56,933 nucleotides of DNA, from NCBI GenBank assembly GCA_041587435.1, contig JBFGYM010000001.1, forward strand, positions 1 to 56,933, in the 5' to 3' direction. A program made the translations under genes and the position numbers. Shown piece by piece: positions 45,944 through 54,419 of the stretch (position 1 is its first letter; every line of letters begins with the position of its first letter). Under the pieces are notes generated by a model. That model was not told the DNA's origin. It did not search any database and was given only the letters and a program-made list of their open reading frames with translations. Source of the stretch: Woeseiaceae bacterium. Lineage in GTDB: Bacteria > Pseudomonadota > Gammaproteobacteria > Steroidobacterales > Woeseiaceae.

Positions 45944-46711
45944 TCAGGCCGCAACGTCTTGCTTGGCCGTTTCAACCAGTTCCGCGAGGCTCAGCGCCTG
46001 CTCGTGCTTTTCGTTCTGCTCGTCGATGTATTCCTGGATCGCGGCGGACGCTTTCGACCAGTCGCTCGTCTTCGGGGCGAACAGTGTCGCAAGCCCCATG
46101 CGCGTCAACAGGCTCATCGGCAAACCCTTCAACATGCGCTTGACCATCTCGATCATCCACGGCTGCATCAGGCCCTGGCCGGTGCGCGCAAAAAAGCGAC
46201 GGATCGTGCGGCTCTCCTCGATCTTGCCCGTCTTCACGATCTGCTCCGTGAACACCTCGTCGAAGTGCATCGACGGCGATTTTTCCGTGTGGCCTTTCAT
46301 CTCGAGCCAGTGCGACGTCGCCTTCATGACGCCTTCCGGGAAGACGTCGCGCGGGCAGGCATACGTGCACTTGTTGCACGAAATGCATTGCCAGATGATG
46401 TCCTTGTCGCGCAGCAATTCGGACTCGTAGCCCATGCGGATCAGGTAAATCCAGTATCGCGGATTGAAGTCGTTGTTGATCGCGTTGACCGTGCACGCGT
46501 TGGTGCAGGACCCGCATTGCCAGCAGCGGTGAATATTCTCGCCGCCCGGTAACGCCGCGATTTCCTCCTCCAGGCTTTCGTTGTAGTCATTCACCACGCG
46601 CGATTCGATGAACGTGCTCCAGTGCCCCGATACGTCGACACCGTCCAGCACGAGGTGCTCGTGTTCCTTGAGGTTCTCCGGGCGAATCAGCGATTTTTCA
46701 TGAATAGGCAT
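45944..46711 (-). CDS. shdrC2: sHdrC2, heterodisulfide reductase-like subunit C (2x[4Fe-4S])
   Basis: CWQCGSCTNACT and CISCNKCTYACP ferredoxin-type motifs. HdrC-like helical C-terminus. Confidence 0.88.
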   Translation of the reverse strand: MPIHEKSLIRPENLKEHEHLVLDGVDVSGHWSTFIESRVVNDYNESLEEEIAALPGGENIHRCWQCGSCTNACTVNAINNDFNPRYWIYLIRMGYESELLRDKDIIWQCISCNKCTYACPRDVFPEGVMKATSHWLEMKGHTEKSPSMHFDEVFTEQIVKTGKIEESRTIRRFFARTGQGLMQPWMIEMVKRMLKGLPMSLLTRMGLATLFAPKTSDWSKASAAIQEYIDEQNEKHEQALSLAELVETAKQDVAA

Positions 46712-46724
46712 GCGGGTCTTCCGT

Positions 46725-47567
46725 CTAATTCAGCTTGCTGTCGTCGATGCGAAACGCCTCGCCGTCGATCGACTTGAGTCGGGTACGGCCATCGCCGGGC
46801 TGCACGCCGTCCAGGCCGAGCAGTCGCCGTGTGTGTTGCATCGGGTCCTCGGGCGCCGTGAAGTCGGCCCTCAGGTAGGAACCGCCCTGCTCGCAGATGT
46901 ACTGCGCGTAGATCTGCGCGCACACCACGTCGACGTAAAAGAGGACGTCGCGAAACACGCCGTTGTCGCTGAGAAACTGCGATAACTCCTCGCGCAGCAT
47001 GATGTAGGTACCGAAACCGTCGGCGACCGGGATCGTCATCGCGTCGACGTCTTCGCCGTGCCAGATTTCCCGGATGACGCCCGTGTTCGCCTTGGCGTCC
47101 CAGACCCAGCGATTCATCAGCGGCACGCGCTCGGGATCGGCGTTGTGCAGCAACTCGGCGGCCAGGTCACGCACCCAGCGGTGTTTCTTGTCCCGGGGAA
47201 ACGCGTCACAGAAACGGCCGACGCGATTGTCGATGTGATCGCCGTCGTCAAACAGGCCGACAATGTGGCTGCGCATCTCCGTGAATGCGTGGTCGTTCAG
47301 CCAGCCACCGATGCGGCGACGCACGGTCGACATGAAGGTGCAAAGCCCCTTGAAGGTTTCGAGATCGAGCTCTGCCAGGTCCCGCTCGACGAGCGCCTGG
47401 CGAAACATCGTGCTCTTCAGCTTGACTGCGTCGACATAGCGTTCGATTCCGCCGGTTTGCTCGGCGCGCGTGACCGCGTCCTGGAACGCCGCGCGTATCG
47501 CGGGGCCGTGAAGGTCGAGCACGGGACGCTCGAATTCTTGCGGCTTGAGTGCGGTGGTCGACGGCAT
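46725..47567 (-). CDS. shdrH: sHdrH, conserved hypothetical protein of shdr clusters
   Basis: 280-aa ORF in the invariant position between shdrA and shdrC2. No cofactor motif. Confidence 0.7.
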   Translation of the reverse strand: MPSTTALKPQEFERPVLDLHGPAIRAAFQDAVTRAEQTGGIERYVDAVKLKSTMFRQALVERDLAELDLETFKGLCTFMSTVRRRIGGWLNDHAFTEMRSHIVGLFDDGDHIDNRVGRFCDAFPRDKKHRWVRDLAAELLHNADPERVPLMNRWVWDAKANTGVIREIWHGEDVDAMTIPVADGFGTYIMLREELSQFLSDNGVFRDVLFYVDVVCAQIYAQYICEQGGSYLRADFTAPEDPMQHTRRLLGLDGVQPGDGRTRLKSIDGEAFRIDDSKLN

Positions 47568-47574
47568 CGCGGGA

Positions 47575-48618
47575 CTACGCGGACTTCAGGGACTTGGTGC
47601 TGGAGAGGACCGCCATTGCGGCGGCGTGGCCCTGCGCAATCGAATCGTCGATGGTCTCGGGGCCCGTCGCCGAGCCCGCCACGAAAACGCCGGGGCGTGA
47701 CGTGGCGCCCATCACGCCGTAGCGGTTGGCAACGCCGATGTAACCGTGCGGCTCGAGATCGATGCCGAAGGTCTCGGCAATCTGCGGGTTATCGACGTTC
47801 GGATCCATGCCGATCGCGTGCACGACCATGTCGAACGGGATCGTGATCGGGCGTTTCACCAGCGTGTCCTCGCCCTTGACGATGAGCTTCTCACCGTCTG
47901 ACGTCACTTCGGCAATGCGCGCCTTGATGTACTTGACCTTGAACTCTTCCTGGCTCTTCCAGTAGTACTTGGTTTCGTACAAGCCGAACGTGCGAATGTC
48001 CATGTAGTAAATGTAGACGTGGCAATCCGGCAACTCCTCGCGAATTTCCATCGCGAGGTTCGACGAGACGGTGCAGCAGATCTTCGAACACCATTCCCGG
48101 CCGATCTGGCGGTCGCGCGAACCGACGCAGAGCAGGATCGCGACGCGCTGCGGCTTGCGGCCATCCGACGGGCAGCGAACCCCCTGCCCCGACGAGATCA
48201 TCTGCTCGACCTGCGTCGTGGTGACGACGTCGGCATACGAGCCGAAGCCCCATTCGGGCTTGTTCACCGAGTCGAAGTGCGTGAATCCGCTGCACAGGAT
48301 CACGGCCTCGGCTTCGACCGCGTCGCCGTTCGACAGGTGCGCCGTGAAATTGCCGGGCGCGCCGTCGAACGTCGTCACCGTGGCGCCGGTGACGACGTTG
48401 ACGCGACCTTCGTCTTCGACGCGCTTCACCATGCCGCCGATGGCGTCTTTCGCCCACTCACCCGTCGGCACGAGCTTGGCGTAGCCGGACAGGATCGGCG
48501 CCCCGCCCAGGCGGTCTTCCTTTTCGACAAGGACGCAATCCTTGCCCACGGTCGCGAGACTGTGAGCGGCGGCCAACCCTGCGGGTCCGCCGCCTACGAT
48601 CAGAACGGGTTTACTCAT
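47575..48618 (-). CDS. shdrA: sHdrA, FAD- and [4Fe-4S]-containing heterodisulfide reductase-like subunit A (short form)
   Basis: VLIVGGGPAGLAAA dinucleotide fold. Cys cluster CVGSRD...WCSKICC. 347 aa, so it lacks the ferredoxin/MvhD extensions of methanogen HdrA. Confidence 0.9.
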   Translation of the reverse strand: MSKPVLIVGGGPAGLAAAHSLATVGKDCVLVEKEDRLGGAPILSGYAKLVPTGEWAKDAIGGMVKRVEDEGRVNVVTGATVTTFDGAPGNFTAHLSNGDAVEAEAVILCSGFTHFDSVNKPEWGFGSYADVVTTTQVEQMISSGQGVRCPSDGRKPQRVAILLCVGSRDRQIGREWCSKICCTVSSNLAMEIREELPDCHVYIYYMDIRTFGLYETKYYWKSQEEFKVKYIKARIAEVTSDGEKLIVKGEDTLVKRPITIPFDMVVHAIGMDPNVDNPQIAETFGIDLEPHGYIGVANRYGVMGATSRPGVFVAGSATGPETIDDSIAQGHAAAMAVLSSTKSLKSA

Positions 48619-48651
48619 GGTCTGTTGCCTGTTTCGTTTGGCGTGTAAGGG

Positions 48652-50001
48652 TCAGCCCTTGTGCTCCACGGCCTTGTAGCCGGGACCGGACGTAATCATC
48701 AAGCGCGGATCGTAGAGGGTCTCCCCACGCCCGGCTTCGACTTCCTTGAGGTAGTCCTCGAATTCCTTCTTCTTGGCCTGCCAGTCGATACCGAGCTTCT
48801 CGAACAGCGTTTCCGTCGGCGAAGCGTGCCAGTGCGACTGCACGATCTTGTAGGGATGCGCGCCGCAGGCAAGGGCGGCTAACTGCACATCCGCCAGCAC
48901 CGGCAGCTCGACGGGCTTGCCGGCCGCTGCACCGATCCACTGGTTCTTGTCGAGTGTCGTGATGCAGCCCGTGTCGTGGCCCACCATCACGTCGGCACGG
49001 GCCTCTTCCTGCGCGACACGGAGCTTGCGATCGATTGCAAACGAGCGCGTGAATTCGCGTTCCGAAATAATGTGGCGGAAGCCGAATCCGCAGCAGTCGT
49101 ACCAGGTCGAGTAGTCGATGACCTGCGCTCCCAGGGTTTCGAGGACGCCGGTCGTCACAGCCACACGGTTGCCGTCGAGCACGTCGTCGTCGTAGATGGC
49201 GTCCTGCGGGACCATCTTGTACACGTGACACGCCGGATGGACGGTCGCGCGGATGGACGCGAGGTCGATCACCTGGTGCTCCTTGATGCGCTTGCGCATG
49301 ACGTGCACCCACTCGGAGTAATGCACGACTTCCTCGGGAATGAGCAGCTTGCCGTCGACGAGGCGGCCGAGCTTGCCGAGAATGGTCTTCACACGATCGC
49401 GCAGCTTGGCCGAGTGAACCAGGTATTCGCGGACTTCCTTGTAGTTGCCGAAAGACGTGCCGCAATGCACGAGCGGGTAGAAGTAGCCCTCCGGCAGTCC
49501 CTGCGCCTTGGCGGAGACGTAGGCCTGGTGGAAGTTGCGCAGGAAGACGGCGGCCAGGCTCTCGATGTTGCCGATACCGGAGCCGTGGTAGTTCCAGGCC
49601 GTGCACGAGGTCTGGTCGGTCTCGTCCAGGTAGCGGATGTCCATCTTGTTCATGAGCCACAGGAGGGACGCGGGATAGCCCGGAATGTTGCCGCACTGGC
49701 CGCAGGACTTGTGGTGCCACAACTGGTTGGTGGGGACTTTCTTGTCCCAGCCGTACAGCGTCTTGGCAATGACGGGCTCGTGCTCGTCGGTGACGCGGTG
49801 CACGGCGATCTCGCCGTCCTTTTCGAGTTCCCACATCGCATCGCGCACGTCTTCGACGCGATCCTTGTTGGTCAGCATCGAGCGCTTGTTGATAATCTGG
49901 TCGACCCAGACCGTCGCGGTGTGCGCATCCTGTTTCGACAAGTTCGAGTCGACCCACTCCGACCCGTGTCCCGTAAACCGTTCTCCGCCGTTACCCGCCA
50001 T
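48652..50001 (-). CDS. shdrB1: sHdrB1, heterodisulfide reductase-like subunit B
   Basis: 449 aa. Cys-rich CCG-type motifs (HKSCGQCG, DCCGFGFRH, GHDTGCITT). Confidence 0.88.
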   Translation of the reverse strand: MAGNGGERFTGHGSEWVDSNLSKQDAHTATVWVDQIINKRSMLTNKDRVEDVRDAMWELEKDGEIAVHRVTDEHEPVIAKTLYGWDKKVPTNQLWHHKSCGQCGNIPGYPASLLWLMNKMDIRYLDETDQTSCTAWNYHGSGIGNIESLAAVFLRNFHQAYVSAKAQGLPEGYFYPLVHCGTSFGNYKEVREYLVHSAKLRDRVKTILGKLGRLVDGKLLIPEEVVHYSEWVHVMRKRIKEHQVIDLASIRATVHPACHVYKMVPQDAIYDDDVLDGNRVAVTTGVLETLGAQVIDYSTWYDCCGFGFRHIISEREFTRSFAIDRKLRVAQEEARADVMVGHDTGCITTLDKNQWIGAAAGKPVELPVLADVQLAALACGAHPYKIVQSHWHASPTETLFEKLGIDWQAKKKEFEDYLKEVEAGRGETLYDPRLMITSGPGYKAVEHKG

Positions 50002-50037
50002 GGCACCCCTCCAAAAAAATGTTACCCGCTTGCGCGG

Positions 50038-50784
50038 CTAATCGTCGTCCTGCTCGTCGAGCCAGTCTTCGTAGTCGTCACGCTTCTCGTCCATGATGTC
50101 CATGATGACGTCGAAAAGGTTTTCATCGATGGTCTCGAGGCTGTCGAGGACACCGGTCTCTTCCCAGATGGTGTAGAGCTCGACCGAGGTCTTGAGATTC
50201 ACTTCCCAGGCCGTCGCCGTGGTATGCAGCGTGGGCATCGGAATCGCCTTGCGCAGCGTCGTGAGCGGCGCATCGACCTTGGAAACGTTCGGTCCCCAGT
50301 CGGCGAAGCCTTCCGGGTTGATCATGTCGGGCGACAACTGGTTGCCCGTCGAGATCAGCTTGAGCATGACGCGGCTGAACGGGCGCAGCACGCTCTTCGC
50401 CGACTCCATGCCGTGTTTGATTGCCGCCTCGCGCATCAGCATGACCAGGCCGCCCGGCGAATTGCCGAACGGACACCGCGCGGCACACGTGTAGCACTGG
50501 GCACAGGACCAGATCTTCTCCTGCATCGCATCGTGGATGCCCTCCAGATTCTCGGTCCAGAGAAGCTGCACGATTTCGCGCGGGCTGAAATCGTAGTAGT
50601 GAGCCGCCGGGCACGTCGCGGTGCAGATGCCGCAATTGAGGCAGCCGTTCAGCTCGTGGTCGAAGCGCAGGTCCGCCTGGATGTCCTGGAAAATCTCCTC
50701 CAGCTGAGCGCGATCGACGGGTGGCGAATCCGAAACCGGGTCGCCAATGTATTCCTGTACCCGGGAAGCCGAGGAATGGGACAT
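50038..50784 (-). CDS. shdrC1: sHdrC1, heterodisulfide reductase-like subunit C (2x[4Fe-4S])
   Basis: CLNCGICTATCP and CAQCYTCAARCP motifs. Confidence 0.88.
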   Translation of the reverse strand: MSHSSASRVQEYIGDPVSDSPPVDRAQLEEIFQDIQADLRFDHELNGCLNCGICTATCPAAHYYDFSPREIVQLLWTENLEGIHDAMQEKIWSCAQCYTCAARCPFGNSPGGLVMLMREAAIKHGMESAKSVLRPFSRVMLKLISTGNQLSPDMINPEGFADWGPNVSKVDAPLTTLRKAIPMPTLHTTATAWEVNLKTSVELYTIWEETGVLDSLETIDENLFDVIMDIMDEKRDDYEDWLDEQDDD

Positions 50785-50798
50785 GAGTCAGCCTCCTG

Positions 50799-51176
50799 TC
50801 AGTAGGAAAGTACCCGGCAGTCGCCTTCCATGACTTCTTCAATGAGGTGCGCGCCGCCGACGATACCTTCGCATTCGGGAATCAGGTCTTCCTTGGTCAT
50901 GTCGAACAGGTCGAGGTTCGGCGAGCAGCAGTAGAACTTGGCACCGGCTTCGTGCGCATCCTGGATAAAGCTGTACACCGATTTCGGCGAGCCCTCCTTG
51001 ACGAACAGCTTCTCGGCAACGCCCTTTTTCATGAGCCGTCCCGAGGTCGCCGTGCAGATGACGTCGACGTCGTAGTCCATCGCAGCCGCGACGGTCGCCT
51101 GGAAAATCGGCGCCCCGAGTTCCTCGCCGTTGCGCGGGTCGGTGTTCGCCATGACGATGATCAGTTTTTCAGCCAT
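50799..51176 (-). CDS. dsrE3: DsrE3-type sulfurtransferase (DsrE/DsrF family)
   Basis: MAEKLIIVMANTDPRNGEELGAPIFQATVAAAMDYDVDVICTATSGRL... with conserved Cys in AKFYCCSPN. ATG 51176 is preferred over ORF start 51206. Confidence 0.8.
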   Translation of the reverse strand: MAEKLIIVMANTDPRNGEELGAPIFQATVAAAMDYDVDVICTATSGRLMKKGVAEKLFVKEGSPKSVYSFIQDAHEAGAKFYCCSPNLDLFDMTKEDLIPECEGIVGGAHLIEEVMEGDCRVLSY

Positions 51177-51229
51177 TTCTCGTGTGTCCCCTCGAGCCTG
51201 ACGCAAGTCAAACAGTTAATTAGGATATA

Positions 51230-52018
51230 CTAAACTACCGGCGCCTCCAAATCCCTGGCGGCCCGCGGAGCGGCCATCAGGGACGTGCATTGCACGAGTC
51301 CGGTCATGATGGGCACGAGCTCGTCCGCGAGGACGGGCTGCAGCCCGCGCAGGCGTTCGAGCTGCCGCGCCGCGTCCGCCGGCACCTCCTCGAACTCCAT
51401 GATCAGGTCCTCGACCATGCCCAGCTTGATGCCGGGGTTGGCCGAAAAACCAAAGGCGTTCTCGCCGACCTGCCATACGGCGGGCCGATCCCGCTCGTCG
51501 CGGGCCAGGATCACAGCATCCGGCGGCGGCACGGGCCAGTCGCGCATGTAGACGACCTGGTGAAAAGACGCCGGCAGGTAGCCGTTCAGCGCGTCGTCGC
51601 GCGTGCGCGTCACGGCGAGGTGTTCGAGGGTCAGCGCCCGCGCCTCGACGCCTCCGCCCGCGGCCAGTGCCAGGATCTGCGCGCCGAGGCCGAAGCCCAC
51701 GACCGGTGTGCCCTCGTCGAGGCGCTGCCTCGTAATGTCGATTTCCTGCCCGAGCGTCGGCAGGTCACGTCCGCCGGCCGCGCCCCAGGGCCCCCCGCCG
51801 AGCAGGATCAGCGCGTCCGCCGGCAGGTCGGGCGCCGGCAGCCTGCCGGCTGCGAACGGGCGGTAATACTGGAAACGGATGCGGCGACCTTCGAGGTGGT
51901 CCTCGATCAGGCCGAGGTACTCGCCGGCCGTGTGCTGGATCACGGCGACGACGTTCATGGGGTTCGCTTCGCTGGCAGCGAGCATGAAGGCATCGTCGGG
52001 GTTCTTGCACTGCGCCAT
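51230..52018 (-). CDS. Class I glutamine amidotransferase-like protein lacking the catalytic triad
   Basis: GATase1 fold pattern (ALILLGGGPWG...PVVGFGLGAQILA). The nucleophile Cys position reads Gly (GFGLGAQ vs G-x-C-x-G-x-Q). The HPE-type motif reads ANPG. Confidence 0.7.
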   Translation of the reverse strand: MAQCKNPDDAFMLAASEANPMNVVAVIQHTAGEYLGLIEDHLEGRRIRFQYYRPFAAGRLPAPDLPADALILLGGGPWGAAGGRDLPTLGQEIDITRQRLDEGTPVVGFGLGAQILALAAGGGVEARALTLEHLAVTRTRDDALNGYLPASFHQVVYMRDWPVPPPDAVILARDERDRPAVWQVGENAFGFSANPGIKLGMVEDLIMEFEEVPADAARQLERLRGLQPVLADELVPIMTGLVQCTSLMAAPRAARDLEAPVV

Positions 52019-52020
52019 GG

Positions 52021-53097
52021 CTAGGCGCCTTCCCGCTTCGACAACGCGTCGTTGATCGATGCAATGAAGTCCTCGGCGCCCGCGCTGAGCATGCCGATCT
52101 CCGACTCTTCGAAAAAGCGCTTCACGGTTGCCTCGACGTCCTCGAGGCGCGTGCCGGCCAGGGCAGCTTCGAGATCGAACACGACGCGCGGCGGCGTCAC
52201 GAAGAAGTCCCCGGTGATCAGGACCCGCTGCAGGATGCCGAGCTTCGGGCCCTCGAGCTTGACGAACGCGTTAATCGAACCGCCGGGACCCGTGCACGAC
52301 CCCTCGAGCAACTGGTCTGTGCCGCCCGGGTTGTCGATTTCGCGCAGGAAGTCCTCGGTGCCGATTTCTTCGTCGAAATGCGCCTGCGCCCGCGCCTCCT
52401 CGGCAGCGGTGATCTCGCCGGGTTCGGCCTCGATGCCGAGTCCCGCCTCGAAGCCGCGCACCAGGGCGGCCTGGATTGTCTCCATATCGGGCAGGTCGTC
52501 GCCGAGCAACTCTTTCAGCGTCACGACGCGTTGTTCGGCCGAGTCGAGATCGTGCTTGGCGACCTTGGCGGCGGGAATGTTCAGCGCCCGCACCATCTGC
52601 GCCGGGTTCATGTCGACGAGCACGGTGCCCTGGTAAATGAGAATATCGCCGTCGAAGAAGCCGCCGGTCCCGCTGATCTTGCGGCCGTCGACTTCGATGT
52701 CGTTGCGTGGACGGAACTTTGCCTTCACGCCGAGCTCTCGCAGTCCTGTTGCCGCCGCATTGCAGATCGCCGCGGCCAGGTCCGGCAGGTTCGCGATGCC
52801 GAGCGACGCGCGGTGAAACACGAGTTCCCAGCCGAGCTGGCCTTCGTCGAGGTAGATCGCACCACCGCCCGTAACGCGGCGCACGACGCCGACGCCGTCC
52901 TCGGCGCAATAGTCGAGGTTGACCTCGCGGCTGAGGTCCTGATGCCTGCCGATCAACGCCGTCGGCGGAAAGCGCATGAAACGGATCGTGTCCGGCACCC
53001 TGTCCTGCTGCCGGAGTTCGATCAGGGCCGGGTCGAACGCAATATTGGCGCGGCCTTCGCGAACACCGGTATCAATGATGCGAAACGGCGCGCCCAT
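52021..53097 (-). CDS. Lipoate-protein ligase, LplA type with fused C-terminal domain (sLpl(AB)-like)
   Basis: RFMRFPPTALIGRHQ..., RRVTGGGAIYLD, GRKISGTGGF (lipoyl-AMP lysine motif). About 100-aa accessory C-terminal domain. Confidence 0.88.
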   Translation of the reverse strand: MGAPFRIIDTGVREGRANIAFDPALIELRQQDRVPDTIRFMRFPPTALIGRHQDLSREVNLDYCAEDGVGVVRRVTGGGAIYLDEGQLGWELVFHRASLGIANLPDLAAAICNAAATGLRELGVKAKFRPRNDIEVDGRKISGTGGFFDGDILIYQGTVLVDMNPAQMVRALNIPAAKVAKHDLDSAEQRVVTLKELLGDDLPDMETIQAALVRGFEAGLGIEAEPGEITAAEEARAQAHFDEEIGTEDFLREIDNPGGTDQLLEGSCTGPGGSINAFVKLEGPKLGILQRVLITGDFFVTPPRVVFDLEAALAGTRLEDVEATVKRFFEESEIGMLSAGAEDFIASINDALSKREGA

Positions 53098-53100
53098 CGA

Positions 53101-54282
53101 TTACTCGACCGTAACCGGGATATCGAGCTGCTTGCGGATTTTCCTGAGGTCTTTCTTCTGCGGCTGGAACGGGTAACTCGCGATGTCGCTCGGCGGCGAG
53201 TCGCCGTACGGCCGGTCGCAGGCCGAGATGTCGTCCTGGAACTTGCCAGGGCAGCCCGAGGTGCGGAACGCGATGCCGGCGTCGATGACGTCGTTCAGCT
53301 CGGCATCGCCGATGCCGTAGCTCTTGACCCTGCCCTGGTCGTCGAACGTCATCTGTCCGACACGGACGCCGCGGTAGTCGATCAGGTAGCGCGCGAGCTG
53401 CACGCGGCGCCACTGGTCGCGCGGCGTCGCGGGCAGGTGATCCATGAGCGAACCGTCCTCCGGGAAGAAGCAGAACATGTGGCTGTGACCGCCGAGGTCC
53501 ACGAGCTCCTGGACCAGGTTCAGGACCTCGTACTCCGTTTCGCCCATGCCGACGATGATGTGTGCGCCGAATTTGCCGGCGCCGAAAATGTCCCTCGCCT
53601 CTAGCAGGATATCCCAGTATTTCTGCCACTTGTGCGGCGACTGCACGCCCTTGCCGCGCGTCCGGTCGAAGATCTCGGGCGTTGCGGCGTCCAGTGCCAC
53701 GGTGAAGATATCCGCGCCGAGGTCCTTGCATTGCTGGACGTCGTCGCGGGTCATCGTCGTGGGGTTCGACAGGATCGACACGGGAATTGCGCCGGGGTCG
53801 ATGCGGTCCGTCCATTGCTTGAGAACCGTGAACGTATCGTCCTCGGAGCGCGGGTGCGTAATCATCGAAATGCACATGCGGTGGAACGGGCTGGCGTCGG
53901 GATCCCTGGCGACGATGTCGACGATGTCGGCCATCGGCACGGCCGGCCAGTCGACGCGGATGAAGTTGCGATCGGCGTAATCGCGCTCGGCTTCGCGATG
54001 GCGCGCAAGGCCGCAGTAGGCGCAGTTCGCGCGGCATCCTTCCGGGTACGTCAGCAACAGGTTCAGGCAGCGCGTGCAGTCGCAACCGTACATGCGGCCC
54101 CCCATGATCCCGAGCGTGATGGCGGCCGCGTTCGACAGCTGCACGTATTCCGGCGACTTCATGTGCGGCGCGAGGAAATTGTTGTTCGGCAGGTAAACGC
54201 CTTCGGGCGGAATGTCGTTCGCCTTGACGGGCTTGCCGTTGCGCCGTTCGACGGGCGTCTTGCCGGGCAAGCGGGGCTCCAT
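53101..54282 (-). CDS. LipS-type radical SAM protein (archaeal-type lipoyl synthase component, LipS1/LipS2 family)
   Basis: CRANCAYCG (CX3CX2C) radical SAM cluster motif. BioB/LipS-like. Adjacent to the ligase. The start is uncertain: ATG 54282 has no Shine-Dalgarno, and the frame is also open to ATG 54408 (GAGGA Shine-Dalgarno) and TTG 54423. Confidence 0.8.
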   Translation of the reverse strand: MEPRLPGKTPVERRNGKPVKANDIPPEGVYLPNNNFLAPHMKSPEYVQLSNAAAITLGIMGGRMYGCDCTRCLNLLLTYPEGCRANCAYCGLARHREAERDYADRNFIRVDWPAVPMADIVDIVARDPDASPFHRMCISMITHPRSEDDTFTVLKQWTDRIDPGAIPVSILSNPTTMTRDDVQQCKDLGADIFTVALDAATPEIFDRTRGKGVQSPHKWQKYWDILLEARDIFGAGKFGAHIIVGMGETEYEVLNLVQELVDLGGHSHMFCFFPEDGSLMDHLPATPRDQWRRVQLARYLIDYRGVRVGQMTFDDQGRVKSYGIGDAELNDVIDAGIAFRTSGCPGKFQDDISACDRPYGDSPPSDIASYPFQPQKKDLRKIRKQLDIPVTVE

Positions 54283-54285
54283 ATT

Positions 54286-54384
54286 GGTGACAGTTTCGGT
54301 GACAGTCACCTTAACTCCGGCCGAGCTGTCGCCCCTGCCACGTTGGTCAGGGGAGTTAAGGTGACTGTCACCGAAACTGTCACC
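54286..54384. repeat. Perfect 33-bp inverted repeat with 33-nt spacer (99-nt palindromic element)
   Basis: 54286-54318 GGTGACAGTTTCGGTGACAGTCACCTTAACTCC is the exact reverse complement of 54352-54384. Each arm contains the 6-1-6 palindrome GGTGAC-N-GTCACC. Confidence 0.9.
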
Positions 54385-54419
54385 ATTCTTGTGCTGTCTG
54401 CAACCCATATTGTCTGTCC

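Noticed and set aside
48976-50805. 609-aa + strand ORF and the 448-aa minus-strand ORF 48611..49957
   Set aside because: Both overlap shdrB1/shdrC1, one antisense and one off-frame. Only the frames giving CCG and CxxCxxCxxxCP motifs are credible.
54286-54384. The GGTGACAG repeats as a CRISPR array or tandem repeat
   Set aside because: There are only two inverted arms with one spacer. No direct repeat-spacer periodicity and no cas genes are present. It is treated as a palindromic element instead.
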